This document shows positions 36,378 through 46,304 of a stretch of 64,000 bases of DNA, piece after piece; the stretch's first letter is position 1, and each line of letters starts with the position of its first letter. A model generated the notes under the pieces. The model saw nothing but the letters and a program-made list of their open reading frames with translations, made no database searches and had not been told where the DNA came from. A program made the translations under genes and the position numbers. The DNA lies in the NCBI GenBank assembly GCA_963827275.1, contig CAWHAA010000005.1:480001-544000 (forward strand). Reading direction: 5' to 3'. Origin of the DNA: an uncultured Spirochaetota bacterium. Its GTDB lineage: Bacteria > Spirochaetota > UBA4802 > UBA5550.

Positions 36378-39300
36378 ATGACCCTGTCCGACATATCAAT
36401 AAAAAATACGGTCTTCGCCTGGATACTGATGTTCGGGCTCATCATCTTCGGCGCGATCGGATTCTCCCGCATGGGGATCAGCCAGATGCCGGACGTGGAC
36501 TTCCCGGTCATCACCATCAGCGTCACCTGGACCGGGGCCGCTCCCGAGACCATGGAATCCGCCATCGTCGATGTGCTGGAAGACTCGGTCATGACCATTG
36601 AGGGGATCCGCAATGTCAGCTCCGTTTCGATGGAAGGACTGGCCAGGATCACGATCGAATTTGAATTGAGCCGCGATGTCGATACGGCCCTCCAGGAGGT
36701 CCAGACAAAAATCTTCCAGGCCCAGAGGAACCTTCCCACCGATATTGACCAGCCGATCGTGACCAAGTCGAACCCGGAAGACCAGCCGATAATGTTCACG
36801 ACCCTGACCGGCGATACTCCCCTGAGAGACAAAATCATTTTCGTGCGCGACCACCTGAAAGACCGGATGACCACCATTGAAGGGGTCGGGGACGTACGGC
36901 TGGGCGGCTACATCGACCCGAACATGCGGATCTGGCTCGACATGGACCGGATGGCGCGCAACGAGGTAACCGTCGACGACGTCATCGCCGCGGTCACGAG
37001 CCAGCACACCCTGACGCCGTCCGGCTTCATCGACCACGGCCTGAGCGAATCGAACGTGCGGGTCCTGAGCGAGGCGCGAACGGTGAAGGACTTCGAGAAC
37101 CTCCTGATAACCCGCCGCGGCGGCGAAACGATCTGGAGGCCGATACGGCTCGGCGACGTGGCCAGGGTTGAAGAGGGCCTGGCGGATGTCCGCCGGATAT
37201 CGCGCTTCAACCAGGTCCCGTCCGTGGGGCTCGGCATAATAAAACAGCGCGGCTCCAACGCGGTCGCGGTGGCGCGCAAGGTGAAGGAGCGGATCGCCGG
37301 GCTCAACGCCTCGGGCCTCCTCCCGAAAAACATGAAGATGAACATCTCGTTCGACAGCACGAAATTCATCGAGGATTCAACGAACGAGCTGATCTTCACC
37401 CTTACGATGTCCGTCATCCTGACGTCGCTCGTCTGCTGGCTGTTCCTCGGGTCGTGGAGCTCGGCCTTCAACGTCATCCTGGCCATCCCCACGTCTCTCA
37501 TCGGCGCCTTTATTGTACTCTACTTCCTCGGGTTTACACTGAACACGTTTACCCTGCTCGGCCTCTCGCTGGTGATCGGCATCGTGGTGGACGACGCGAT
37601 CATGGTCATGGAAAACATCGTCCGCCACTTCGAGGCCGGCATGAGCCGGGTCAAGGCGGCGATTGTCGGCGCGCGCGAGATCACCTCCGCGGCCACCGCG
37701 ACCTCGCTTGCCATTTTGGCCATCTTCCTGCCGGTCATATTCATGAAAGGTATCATCGGCAAGTTCTTCTTCCAGTTCGGGGTGACGATATCTGTCGCGG
37801 TATTGCTCTCGCTCCTCGAGGCCCTGACCCTGACGCCCATGCGCTGCTCGCAGCTTTTAAAAACCGGGACAGAAACCAGGATGGGCGCCTTCATGGACAG
37901 GTTGATGGAGCGGCTTTCCAATGCCTACCGGACGGCGCTCGTCTTCTGCCTGGACAACCGGTGGAAGGTTCTGGGTGTCGCGGGCGCCATCTTCGCGGCT
38001 TCGATGCTCCTCCTGTCCGGCATGCGCAAGGAATTCGTCCCCGCGCAGGACCAGGGGACGTTCATGGCTTCCATCCGCACGCCTTTGGGATCGTCGCTTG
38101 AATTTACCGATACCGTTTTTAAAAAGGTCGAGGCGCTGTTGAAATCGAGGCCGGAAGTGGAGCGGTTCTTCGGCAACGTCGGCGGGTTCCAGGGCGGCCA
38201 GGTCAACCAGGGCAACCTGTTCGTGACTTTGAAGGACTACAAGGAGCGCCCGGTCACCACGCCCTTCACCCGCCGCCCCACTCAGCAGGAGTTCATGGCG
38301 TTCCTGCGCGAAAAGCTGAAAAAAATCCCCGGCATATACAACGCGAGCCTGATCGACCCGTCTCAGGCCGGGTTCACCGCCCAGCGGGGGTACCCGATCC
38401 AATTCTCCGTGCAGGGGCCGGACTGGACCAAGCTTGCCAGCTATAGCGAAACGATGATGGACCGCATGAAAAAATCAGGACTGGTGACCGACGTGGATTC
38501 CGACTACCAGATGGGCATGCCGGAGGTGCGGGTGCTCCCGGACCGCGCGCGTGCCGGCGCGCGGGGCGTGACGGTCACGGGCATCGCCGACACCATCAGC
38601 GCCGCGGTGGGGAGCCTCCGGGTCGGCAAGTATACCGACGACTCCGGCCGCCGCAACGATATCCGCGTGAAGCTGCTCGACAGGCAGAACCGGAGCGCGG
38701 ACGACATCAGCCGGATCAGGGTGCGGAACATCAACGGGGAGATGGTGGCGCTCGCCAGCGTGGTCAGCGTCGCCGAGAAGCAGACGTACCTCTCCATCAC
38801 CCGGTATAACAGGGAGCGCGCGATCAACGTGTTCGCCAACATCGGGACAGGCAAGTCGCAGTCCGACATCCTCTCTTTCATCGAGGAGCAGGCGGCGAAG
38901 ATACTGCCAGCCGGCTACCACCTCGAGTTTACGGGGAGCTCGCAGACCTTCAAGGAATCGTTCGAGAGCCTCATCTTCGCCCTGTTCCTGGGCATTATCG
39001 TCGCCTACATGATACTCGGGTCGCAGTACAACAGCTTCCTGCACCCGATCATCATACTCCTCGCCCTCCCCTTCAGCGCTACCGGCGCGTTCGTGGCCAT
39101 GCGCCTCACCGGGGTCTCGCTGAACATGTACAGCATGATCGGTCTGCTGCTCCTGATGGGGATCGTCAAGAAGAACTCGATCATGCTGGTCGATTTCACC
39201 AACACCCGCCGGATCGCCGGCATGGGCGTGCGTGAAGCGCTGATGGACGCCTGCCCGATCCGCCTGCGCCCCATCATGATGACGTCGATCGCCACTATCG

Positions 39301-39509
39301 CCGCGGCCATTCCCCCGACCCTCTCGCTGGGCCCGGGCGCCGAAACCATGCGGCCGATGGGCGTCGTGATCATCGGCGGCGTGCTCTTCTCGACCGTACT
39401 GACGCTGTTCGTGGTGCCCTGCGCCTACAGCCTGATGAGCAGGTTCGAAAGCGAGCGCCATCAAAAGGAGCTGCACGAGGCGCTTGATTCACTGGGAGAG
39501 ATAAAATAA
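36378..39509 (+). CDS. RND efflux permease (AcrB/MdtBC family)
   Basis: PDVDFPVI, AIPTSL, LNTFTLLGL.L.IGIVVDDAI.V.ENI, GIVKKNSIMLVDF, RLRPIMMT. Start at ATG 36378. Confidence 0.95.
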   Translation: MTLSDISIKNTVFAWILMFGLIIFGAIGFSRMGISQMPDVDFPVITISVTWTGAAPETMESAIVDVLEDSVMTIEGIRNVSSVSMEGLARITIEFELSRDVDTALQEVQTKIFQAQRNLPTDIDQPIVTKSNPEDQPIMFTTLTGDTPLRDKIIFVRDHLKDRMTTIEGVGDVRLGGYIDPNMRIWLDMDRMARNEVTVDDVIAAVTSQHTLTPSGFIDHGLSESNVRVLSEARTVKDFENLLITRRGGETIWRPIRLGDVARVEEGLADVRRISRFNQVPSVGLGIIKQRGSNAVAVARKVKERIAGLNASGLLPKNMKMNISFDSTKFIEDSTNELIFTLTMSVILTSLVCWLFLGSWSSAFNVILAIPTSLIGAFIVLYFLGFTLNTFTLLGLSLVIGIVVDDAIMVMENIVRHFEAGMSRVKAAIVGAREITSAATATSLAILAIFLPVIFMKGIIGKFFFQFGVTISVAVLLSLLEALTLTPMRCSQLLKTGTETRMGAFMDRLMERLSNAYRTALVFCLDNRWKVLGVAGAIFAASMLLLSGMRKEFVPAQDQGTFMASIRTPLGSSLEFTDTVFKKVEALLKSRPEVERFFGNVGGFQGGQVNQGNLFVTLKDYKERPVTTPFTRRPTQQEFMAFLREKLKKIPGIYNASLIDPSQAGFTAQRGYPIQFSVQGPDWTKLASYSETMMDRMKKSGLVTDVDSDYQMGMPEVRVLPDRARAGARGVTVTGIADTISAAVGSLRVGKYTDDSGRRNDIRVKLLDRQNRSADDISRIRVRNINGEMVALASVVSVAEKQTYLSITRYNRERAINVFANIGTGKSQSDILSFIEEQAAKILPAGYHLEFTGSSQTFKESFESLIFALFLGIIVAYMILGSQYNSFLHPIIILLALPFSATGAFVAMRLTGVSLNMYSMIGLLLLMGIVKKNSIMLVDFTNTRRIAGMGVREALMDACPIRLRPIMMTSIATIAAAIPPTLSLGPGAETMRPMGVVIIGGVLFSTVLTLFVVPCAYSLMSRFESERHQKELHEALDSLGEIK

Positions 39510-39646
39510 GAGCGCGGGGAAGGCGGCGGCCGCGTTGTTGCTTCATCCCCCGGAATTATTTCCGGGCCCTCTCAAGGCGGAAGCCTATGAATTAGTCCTC
39601 CATAAACGGCACGATCTTGACCCAGAAGCCCGACTGCAGATCGCTA

Positions 39647-39860
39647 TCCGGGACCGATAGTTATCGGTACTACCGGGGTCAGAGCAACTCCGGGACCGAT
39701 AGTTATCGGTAATTACCGGGGTCAGAGCAGCTCCGGGACCGATAGTTATCGGTAATTACCGGGGTCAGAGCAGCTCCGGGACCGATAGTTATCGGTAATT
39801 ACCGGGGTCAGAGCAACTCCGGGACCGATAGTTATCGGTATTACCGGGGCCAGAGCAACT
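39647..39860. repeat. Tandem array of five 42-43 bp palindromic units
   Basis: Units start at 39647, 39689, 39732, 39775 and 39818. Consensus TCCGGG-ACCGATAGTTATCGGT-AATTACCGGGGTCAGAGCA(A/G)C. No unique spacers. Confidence 0.97.
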
Positions 39861-39869
39861 AGTTGGCGT

Positions 39870-40709
39870 TCAGGCAATCGGATGCCTCTTGTAAAATTCC
39901 AGCAGGTCTTTTGCAAACCTATCCGGGGCCTCGATGGCGGTCATGTGGCCCACACCCGGATACATCAGCAATTCCGCCCCGGGGATCTCCTGTGCCATCA
40001 GGTTGCTCGATTGGACAAACAGATCATCCTTTTCACCGTATATGACCAGGACCGGGCAGGCAATCCTCCGGAGTCCTTCGACCCGCTGGTCGGGATCGGT
40101 ATAGAACGAGCGGACGAACGACGCGGCCAGGAAGCGGTCATTCAATGAGACCATCTCCAGCGCGATCCTGAACATCTCCTCCCGATTATCCGACTCCGCG
40201 ATCCCCCTGAAGAAGGGGCCGGGGACCTTATGAAGAAATGCCATCATGATCTCCCAGGTCACCTTTTCAAAACTCTCGGCGAACTTGTCATGGAATTTCC
40301 TGATGCTCTCCGGTTGCGCGTTGATCACCGACGTGAACGACCCGGTGTCCGAAAGCACCATCGACGCGAAGCGGCCCGAGTCCTTCATGGCGTACCGGGA
40401 GGCGACAAAGCCGCCGGTGGAGTGCGTGAGCAGGTGGAAGCGCTTGAGCCCGAGATGATCGGCGAGCGCCATCATGTCGCCGGCTATGGTCTCCTCGTCA
40501 TAGCCCTTCGGCTCCCCCTCGACCACGGTGCGGCCGTGGCCCCGCATCTCCATCGATATAAACCGGTACTGTTTTGCAAGCGTGCCCGCCACCCCGGTCA
40601 GCGTCCAGTAAGCGCTGTTTTCAATAAGTCCGTGGATGGCGATTATGGGTTCGCCCTGCCCGGCTTCTTCATAATATATGCGCGCATTGCCCCTCTCGAA
40701 AAAAGCCAT
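39870..40709 (-). CDS. Alpha/beta hydrolase
   Basis: IHG oxyanion motif, MRGHG, THSTGG nucleophile elbow, GEKD acid and GH catalytic His. Confidence 0.92.
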   Translation of the reverse strand: MAFFERGNARIYYEEAGQGEPIIAIHGLIENSAYWTLTGVAGTLAKQYRFISMEMRGHGRTVVEGEPKGYDEETIAGDMMALADHLGLKRFHLLTHSTGGFVASRYAMKDSGRFASMVLSDTGSFTSVINAQPESIRKFHDKFAESFEKVTWEIMMAFLHKVPGPFFRGIAESDNREEMFRIALEMVSLNDRFLAASFVRSFYTDPDQRVEGLRRIACPVLVIYGEKDDLFVQSSNLMAQEIPGAELLMYPGVGHMTAIEAPDRFAKDLLEFYKRHPIA

Positions 40710-40762
40710 ATCAATTCCTCTCGATTTTTTACGTTACAAACAATCGTATGCCGCGTCCCCGG

Positions 40763-41629
40763 TTATTTCCTGCGGTAATCGTAAAAGCCCTTGCCGGACT
40801 TCATGCCCAGCTCGCCGCGGTCCACGTACTGTTTCAGCAGCTCCGCGCTCTTGATGGCGCGGGTATCGTTCTTTTTCTTCGCCCAGTAATCGGTGATCCG
40901 CCATACGGTCTCCAGGCCGACAAAGTCCATCAGCGCGAACGGGCCCAGGGCCATGCCGGTAACCTCTTTCCACGATTTGTCCACATCCTCGAAGGAGGCG
41001 ATGCCGTTCGAGACAAGGTTCAGTCCCGCGAGGAGCCATGGGTTCAGGAGGGCGTTGAACACGTACCCGTGGTTCTCTTTATTGATGACGATCGGGGAAT
41101 GGCCGATCAGCTCGGCGAACCGGCGCACTGTTTCCACTGCCTCCGGCGACGTGCCCGGGTGCCCCATCACATCCACCAGCTTGAAGCCCGGATGGAAATG
41201 GAAGGCGAGGAACCGGTCGGGCCTCCCGGTCTTGCCGGCGAATTGCGAGGGGACCAGTGATGATGTATTGGTGGTGAATATCGTCCGATCGGGACACAGC
41301 GCGTTCAGCCTGCCGAAAAATTCCCCTTTCAGGTCCGGGTCCTCCGGTATCGATTCGCTGACGAGGTCGATGTCGGCCCCGGCCGCGTCGAGGTCGGTCG
41401 TGGTCGCGATGCTGCTCTTGATCGACTCCGCTTTCTCTTTCGGTATGGCGCCGGACGCCGCCATCCTGTCGATCTTCGCGTCCATGCCCGCCTTCGCCCT
41501 GCCGACTATCTCCTCCTTGACGTCATACAGTACCACGGCATAGCCGTGCGAGGCGCACGACATGCCGATACTCTGGCCCATGGTCCCTGCGCCGGCGATA
41601 AGCACCTTTTTGATGTCTTCAGCATTCAT
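40763..41629 (-). CDS. 3-hydroxyacyl-CoA dehydrogenase (NAD)
   Basis: GAGTMG, ESIPE..LK, TNTSS, HF, GYVFN, GPF.LMD.VGL, G.LG.KSG.GFY. Confidence 0.93.
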   Translation of the reverse strand: MNAEDIKKVLIAGAGTMGQSIGMSCASHGYAVVLYDVKEEIVGRAKAGMDAKIDRMAASGAIPKEKAESIKSSIATTTDLDAAGADIDLVSESIPEDPDLKGEFFGRLNALCPDRTIFTTNTSSLVPSQFAGKTGRPDRFLAFHFHPGFKLVDVMGHPGTSPEAVETVRRFAELIGHSPIVINKENHGYVFNALLNPWLLAGLNLVSNGIASFEDVDKSWKEVTGMALGPFALMDFVGLETVWRITDYWAKKKNDTRAIKSAELLKQYVDRGELGMKSGKGFYDYRRK

Positions 41630-41678
41630 GTAATTGCTCCTTTTGCATTGTAGATTAAAACAACACCCTTCACTATAT

Positions 41679-43484
41679 TCAATTCGTAAAATGCCGGGGA
41701 CTGATCGCCACCGTGATCGCGTCCTGGCTCAGGAGCCTGGTGCGCAGCCCCTCGATTTTCGGCAGTTCGTACTCGTAGAAAAATTTCATCACGAATAACT
41801 TCCCCTCAAGGAAGTCGCGTTCCTCTCCCTCCGCGGAATGCGGCAGGGCCTTCTGGACCGCGATCCCCTGTAAAAGCCACTGCCACGCGATACAGATGAT
41901 CCCGGACATCTCGAGATAGAGCGTCGCGTCCGCGAGGAATCGGTCCACATCTCCCTTCACGGCGATGCCGACAAGCGCGCCCGTTACCTGTTTGAGCAGC
42001 CCCGCCGCGGATGCGAGTTTTTCGGCGTAGGGCGCAAGCGCCGCGACGGCCTTCGCGGCCGCGATTGTCTTCCCCACCTCTTCCAGATAAATGCCGGCGG
42101 CCCTGCCCTTGTGCATGGTCACCTTCCTGCCGAGAAGGTCCATCCCCTGGATGCCGGTCGTCCCTTCATGGATGGGATGGATGCGCGAGTCCCGCATGTA
42201 CTGCTCGACCGGGAACTCGTCGCTGTATCCGTACCCTCCCAGGCACTGGATGGCCAGGCTGGTGGAGACGACCCCCATCTCCGACGGATAGGTCTTCACC
42301 ATCGGCGTGAGGAAATCAAGCAGCAGCTCGTAGCGCTCCTTCTCCTCCCCCGCTGCCATGCCCGCGCAGTCCACGAGCCTGCCCGCGTAGACCATGAGGG
42401 AGAGGGCCCCCTCAATGATCGCGCGCTGCTGCAGCAACATCCGCTTCACGTCCGCGTGCTCGATGATGGCCACCTGCGGTCTCGCGGGGTCCTTCTCCGC
42501 CACGCCCCGCCCCTGGAGCCGCTCGCGCGCGTACTCGAGCGCCGCGTGGTACGCCGCCGACGATATCGCGACCGCGCCCAGGCCCACGCCGATCCGCGCC
42601 TCGTTCATCATCTGGAACATGTACGACAGCCCCCTGTTCGGCTCGCCGACCAGCCACCCGCGGCAGTCGTCGCTCTCGCCCATGCTGAGCTGGGCGATCG
42701 GCGCGCCCCGGTAGCCCATCTTGTGGTAGCAGCCGGCGCAGCTGACATCGTTGAACTCGAGGCCGCCGGACGCGCTCACGCGTTTTTTCGGGACGACGAA
42801 AAGCGAAAGCCCCTTGACGCCGGCCGGCGCGCCCTTGATGCGCGCCAGCATCAGGTGCACGATATTCTCCGCCATGTCGTGGTCTCCCGCTGAGATGAAG
42901 GTCTTCTGCCCCCTGACCAGGTAATAGCCTTTATCGGTGGGCTCAGCCGAGGTGCGCACGTCGCCCAGAGAGCTCCCCGCCTCCGGCTCGGTAAGCGCCA
43001 TGGTCCCCTGCCACCTCCCTTCGATCATCCGCGGCGCGTACGCCGCGCGCAGCTCTTCAGATCCGAAGGTCAGGATCAGGTTGACCGCTCCCGTCGTGAG
43101 GACCGGGTACACGCTCAGGGAATAATTTGCCGATGAGAATATGAACTGGCACGCATTGTACACCGAAACCGGCATCTGCTGTCCGCCTTTTTCATACGGG
43201 AAAATGGCGCTGATCCATCCGCCCTCGCCCGCCATCGCCATGAAGTCTTTCACCTTCGGATGCACGCGGATCCCCCCGTCGACATACTTCGGCGGGTTCT
43301 TGTCCATTTCCGAGCATATCGGGAACATATGCTCGATCGCTATTTTCTTTGCCGTGCCCATGATCATGTCCACGCTCTCGCGCGTATACTCGCCGAAGCG
43401 TTCCGACGTGAGCAGCGATTCGATATCATGCACGTCAAAAAGCGTAAATAAAAGATTGCGCTCGCTGAAAAACCGTTCTGCCAT
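41679..43484 (-). CDS. Acyl-CoA dehydrogenase (long FadE type)
   Basis: GTMALTEPEAGSSL, GQK.FIS.GDH, KGLSLF.VPK, HKMG, MFQMMNEAR, GGYGY, IHEGTTGIQ..DLLGRK. Confidence 0.95.
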   Translation of the reverse strand: MAERFFSERNLLFTLFDVHDIESLLTSERFGEYTRESVDMIMGTAKKIAIEHMFPICSEMDKNPPKYVDGGIRVHPKVKDFMAMAGEGGWISAIFPYEKGGQQMPVSVYNACQFIFSSANYSLSVYPVLTTGAVNLILTFGSEELRAAYAPRMIEGRWQGTMALTEPEAGSSLGDVRTSAEPTDKGYYLVRGQKTFISAGDHDMAENIVHLMLARIKGAPAGVKGLSLFVVPKKRVSASGGLEFNDVSCAGCYHKMGYRGAPIAQLSMGESDDCRGWLVGEPNRGLSYMFQMMNEARIGVGLGAVAISSAAYHAALEYARERLQGRGVAEKDPARPQVAIIEHADVKRMLLQQRAIIEGALSLMVYAGRLVDCAGMAAGEEKERYELLLDFLTPMVKTYPSEMGVVSTSLAIQCLGGYGYSDEFPVEQYMRDSRIHPIHEGTTGIQGMDLLGRKVTMHKGRAAGIYLEEVGKTIAAAKAVAALAPYAEKLASAAGLLKQVTGALVGIAVKGDVDRFLADATLYLEMSGIICIAWQWLLQGIAVQKALPHSAEGEERDFLEGKLFVMKFFYEYELPKIEGLRTRLLSQDAITVAISPRHFTN

Positions 43485-43508
43485 ATCATGCCCCTCCTGT
43501 TGACCTGA

Positions 43509-44120
43509 TCACCGGTCCCTGTTCGTTAGCGCGGCCATGGCGGCCGCTATCATATCTTCACGGAACTCTTCCGCGTCCCCTGCGCTGATAAACAGATGCT
43601 TGAAATGCCGGTATCCCTCGTACATCGCGATAATGATCTCTGCCGCCCGCTTCGGGTCATGCGCCGGGATGCCGCCCTCCCTGGTTATCTTTTCAAGTTC
43701 GTCGATGATGAGCTTCTTCAAAAGAACGTACATCTCTTTCAGCCTCGCATCGATGCGCGGCTCCCGGCCGCCCAGCGACAGGATCGCGAAGTCCCCACCG
43801 ATATCAGACATCCCGTACCACGCGTCGCTGAAAAATATCTCCACCAGCCTGCGCAGCCGCAGCCCGGGATCACCCGACTGGACGATCAGCTCCCGGTAGA
43901 TTTCGCCCGCTCTGCGGATGATGTAATCCACGAGGGCGACATACAGGTTTTCCTTGTTCTGAAAGTAATGGATGATCAGGCTGGGGTGTATACCCATCCG
44001 TTTCGCCACCTTGCCGATGGACGCGCCCTCGATGCCTTCTTCAAGAATGACCTGGTAGAAGTTCTTCAGGATGTCCGGCTTTCGCGCTCCGGCGTTCTGC
44101 CTTTTTTTTACTTCATCCAT
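43509..44120 (-). CDS. TetR-family regulator (BetI-like)
   Basis: GIEGASIGKVAKRMGIHPSLIIHYF.NKE.L HTH. Confidence 0.92.
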   Translation of the reverse strand: MDEVKKRQNAGARKPDILKNFYQVILEEGIEGASIGKVAKRMGIHPSLIIHYFQNKENLYVALVDYIIRRAGEIYRELIVQSGDPGLRLRRLVEIFFSDAWYGMSDIGGDFAILSLGGREPRIDARLKEMYVLLKKLIIDELEKITREGGIPAHDPKRAAEIIIAMYEGYRHFKHLFISAGDAEEFREDMIAAAMAALTNRDR

Positions 44121-44154
44121 TTCTGCTTTCCCTTATACCGGCAACACGTTGGAT

Positions 44155-46092
44155 TCATAGAGAGATGCCGGCAGCGTCGCCTTCATGGACCGCCTCAATG
44201 ACCCGCCGCGGCTTCACAACATCGCCCGCTTCCACAAGGGGGATCCCTTGCTCCCGCACCGCATCGACCAGCCCGCGTTCCGGCGCGGAGCCGAAGGCCT
44301 TGATGACGGTCGCAACCGGCTCGATGCGGACCCCGTTCCCCTCCTGCTCCGCCACGACCGCGTTTTTCTCTATCGCCGTGACCCTGCAGTTAAGCATCAG
44401 CGCGCCGCCGCCATCCCTCAGGCGCCGGTGGAGCCAGTAGCCGTGCGCCGGGAACTTGCTCACCGGCGGGAATTTCGCCATGTCAAGGAGCGAGACCGCG
44501 ATGCCGCGCGCCATGCAGTAATCCGCCGTTTCCATGCCCACGTAACCGGCGCCCAGTATCACCGCAGGGCCCGTGACGGGAACCGTACCCTCGAGCACAT
44601 CGCGCGCATCGACGACATTCGGGTTGCCGATGCCTTCTATCTGCGGCGCCGTCGGCGCCGCGCCGGCGGCCAGCACCACCACATCCGGCCTGTTATCCGC
44701 CAACATCTGCCCGGTGACCGCGGTGCCGGTCTGTATATGCACGCCCAGGCCTTTACACTGGCGCTCCGCCCATTCCACCCAGCGGTAAAATGCTTCTTTA
44801 TGCGGCGGCTTGCTCGCAGATACGAGCTGCCCGCCGAGGAGGGCACGCCGTTCAAAAAGCGTCACCCCGTGCCCGCGCTTCCCTGCCGCTATCGCCGCGG
44901 AGAGACCGGCGGGGCCTCCCCCGATGACCCACACCTTCTTCTTTGTAGCGGCTTGTCTGTATATATCCTCGTATTCTCGCCCGCACTCGGGATTTATCGA
45001 GCAGGTGGTCGCCTTGAATTCGAAGCTCAGGCGCTCGATGCAGCCCTGGTTGCACCCCATGCACCAGCGAATGTCGTCCCACCGCCCTTCCCGCGCCTTG
45101 ACAAGAAACTCGGGATCGGCAAGGAACTGGCGGCCCATGCTGACGAGGTCCGCGTCCCCACGCGCGATCGATTCGTCGGCCATGCGCGGATCGATGACCC
45201 TCCCCACGCCAATGACCGGGACCTTCACTGCCTGTTTTATCTCGCGCGCCCGGAACAGGTTGAACCCTTCGGGCGTGTCCGCCACGGGGATGGAGAGCAT
45301 GCCCGGCGTGGAGTAGACCCCCACGGACGCGTGCAGCGCGTCAGCACCCGCCTCGACCAGTCGCGGCGCGAGCCATTTTATAAACTCGAGTGCATAGCCC
45401 CCCTTGATGCATTCATCAGCCGACAGGCGGACAATGACCGGAAACCCCGGCCCGACTTTTTCCCTGACTGCCGTGAGGATTTCGATCAGAAAGCGCGCGC
45501 GATTTTCGTCTGTGCCGCCATATTCGTCCGTGCGCCTGTTGGAGAAAGGGGATAGAAACTGCGTTATCAGGTAGCCATGCGCCCCGTGCACTTCCACCGC
45601 GTCAAAGCCTGCCTGCCTGGCCCGGTATGCTCCCATGGCATAGGCGAGAACTATCTCCCTGATACGGTCCTTTGACATCGCCTCGGTGGGCTGGTTTAAT
45701 ATTACGCTCGGGAGGTCTGACGGCCCCTCCGGGCTCGCACCCGCAACTGCGGCAATGGTCTCGCGCCCCGCATGGTGAAGCTGAAGGGCGATCTTCGTCC
45801 CGTGCTCATGGACTGTTTCCGTGAGACGCGACAGGCCGGGGATGAATGTATCGTCCCACACGCCGATCTCCCTTCCAAACCCTCTGCCCCGCGGGTCGAT
45901 AGCGCACACCTCGGTGATAATGAGACCGACACCGCCACGCGCCCGCCGCTCGAGGTATGCAATAAGCCGGTCAGTGATGGAGCCATCTTTATTGCCGTAT
46001 GATGTAGCCATGGCAGGCATTACCACGCGGTTTTTTAGTTCCAGTTGGTTAATTTTTACTGGAGAAAAAAGGTGTGTAAGATTATTTTCCAT
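44155..46092 (-). CDS. Old-yellow-enzyme/Fe-S/FAD flavoenzyme (2,4-dienoyl-CoA reductase FadH / BaiCD-BaiH family)
   Basis: LKNRVVMPAM, QLHHAGR, GFDAVEVHGAHGYL..QFLSP..N.RTDEYGG, CMGCNQGC...C..NP, GGGPAG. Confidence 0.93.
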   Translation of the reverse strand: MENNLTHLFSPVKINQLELKNRVVMPAMATSYGNKDGSITDRLIAYLERRARGGVGLIITEVCAIDPRGRGFGREIGVWDDTFIPGLSRLTETVHEHGTKIALQLHHAGRETIAAVAGASPEGPSDLPSVILNQPTEAMSKDRIREIVLAYAMGAYRARQAGFDAVEVHGAHGYLITQFLSPFSNRRTDEYGGTDENRARFLIEILTAVREKVGPGFPVIVRLSADECIKGGYALEFIKWLAPRLVEAGADALHASVGVYSTPGMLSIPVADTPEGFNLFRAREIKQAVKVPVIGVGRVIDPRMADESIARGDADLVSMGRQFLADPEFLVKAREGRWDDIRWCMGCNQGCIERLSFEFKATTCSINPECGREYEDIYRQAATKKKVWVIGGGPAGLSAAIAAGKRGHGVTLFERRALLGGQLVSASKPPHKEAFYRWVEWAERQCKGLGVHIQTGTAVTGQMLADNRPDVVVLAAGAAPTAPQIEGIGNPNVVDARDVLEGTVPVTGPAVILGAGYVGMETADYCMARGIAVSLLDMAKFPPVSKFPAHGYWLHRRLRDGGGALMLNCRVTAIEKNAVVAEQEGNGVRIEPVATVIKAFGSAPERGLVDAVREQGIPLVEAGDVVKPRRVIEAVHEGDAAGISL

Positions 46093-46111
46093 GTTGTTTT
46101 CCTAAAGTTTA

Positions 46112-46131
46112 TTAACTGAACATTCATTTAA
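46112..46131. promoter_or_regulatory. BetI-type TetR operator candidate upstream of the OYE operon
   Basis: Imperfect palindrome TTAACTGAACATTCATTTAA, 20 bp upstream of the start at 46092. Minus-strand TTGACA at 46149-46144. Confidence 0.55.
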
Positions 46132-46160
46132 TTAAAATTCGCATGTCAAGTGTAATATCA

Positions 46161-46301
46161 GGGGTCAGAGTAAAAAATAAATTCTGTATGGTGTCAGAGT
46201 AACACAACATATGCACCTACCGATAACTATCACTTCACATTCACTCATTATTGGCTCTGCGTATGATTTTGCATAAATCCTATTGGGGTCAGAGTAAAAA
46301 A
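46161..46301. repeat. Fragments of the same repeat family inside the divergent promoter region
   Basis: GGGGTCAGAGTAAAAAA at 46161 and 46285, GGTGTCAGAGTAA at 46190, and TACCGATAACTATC at 46218 (reverse complement of GATAGTTATCGGTA). Confidence 0.75.
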
Positions 46302-46304
46302 ATC

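Noticed and set aside
39647..39860. CRISPR array
   Set aside because: The sequence between the palindromes is near-identical in every unit, so there are no unique spacers, and no cas genes are present in the window.
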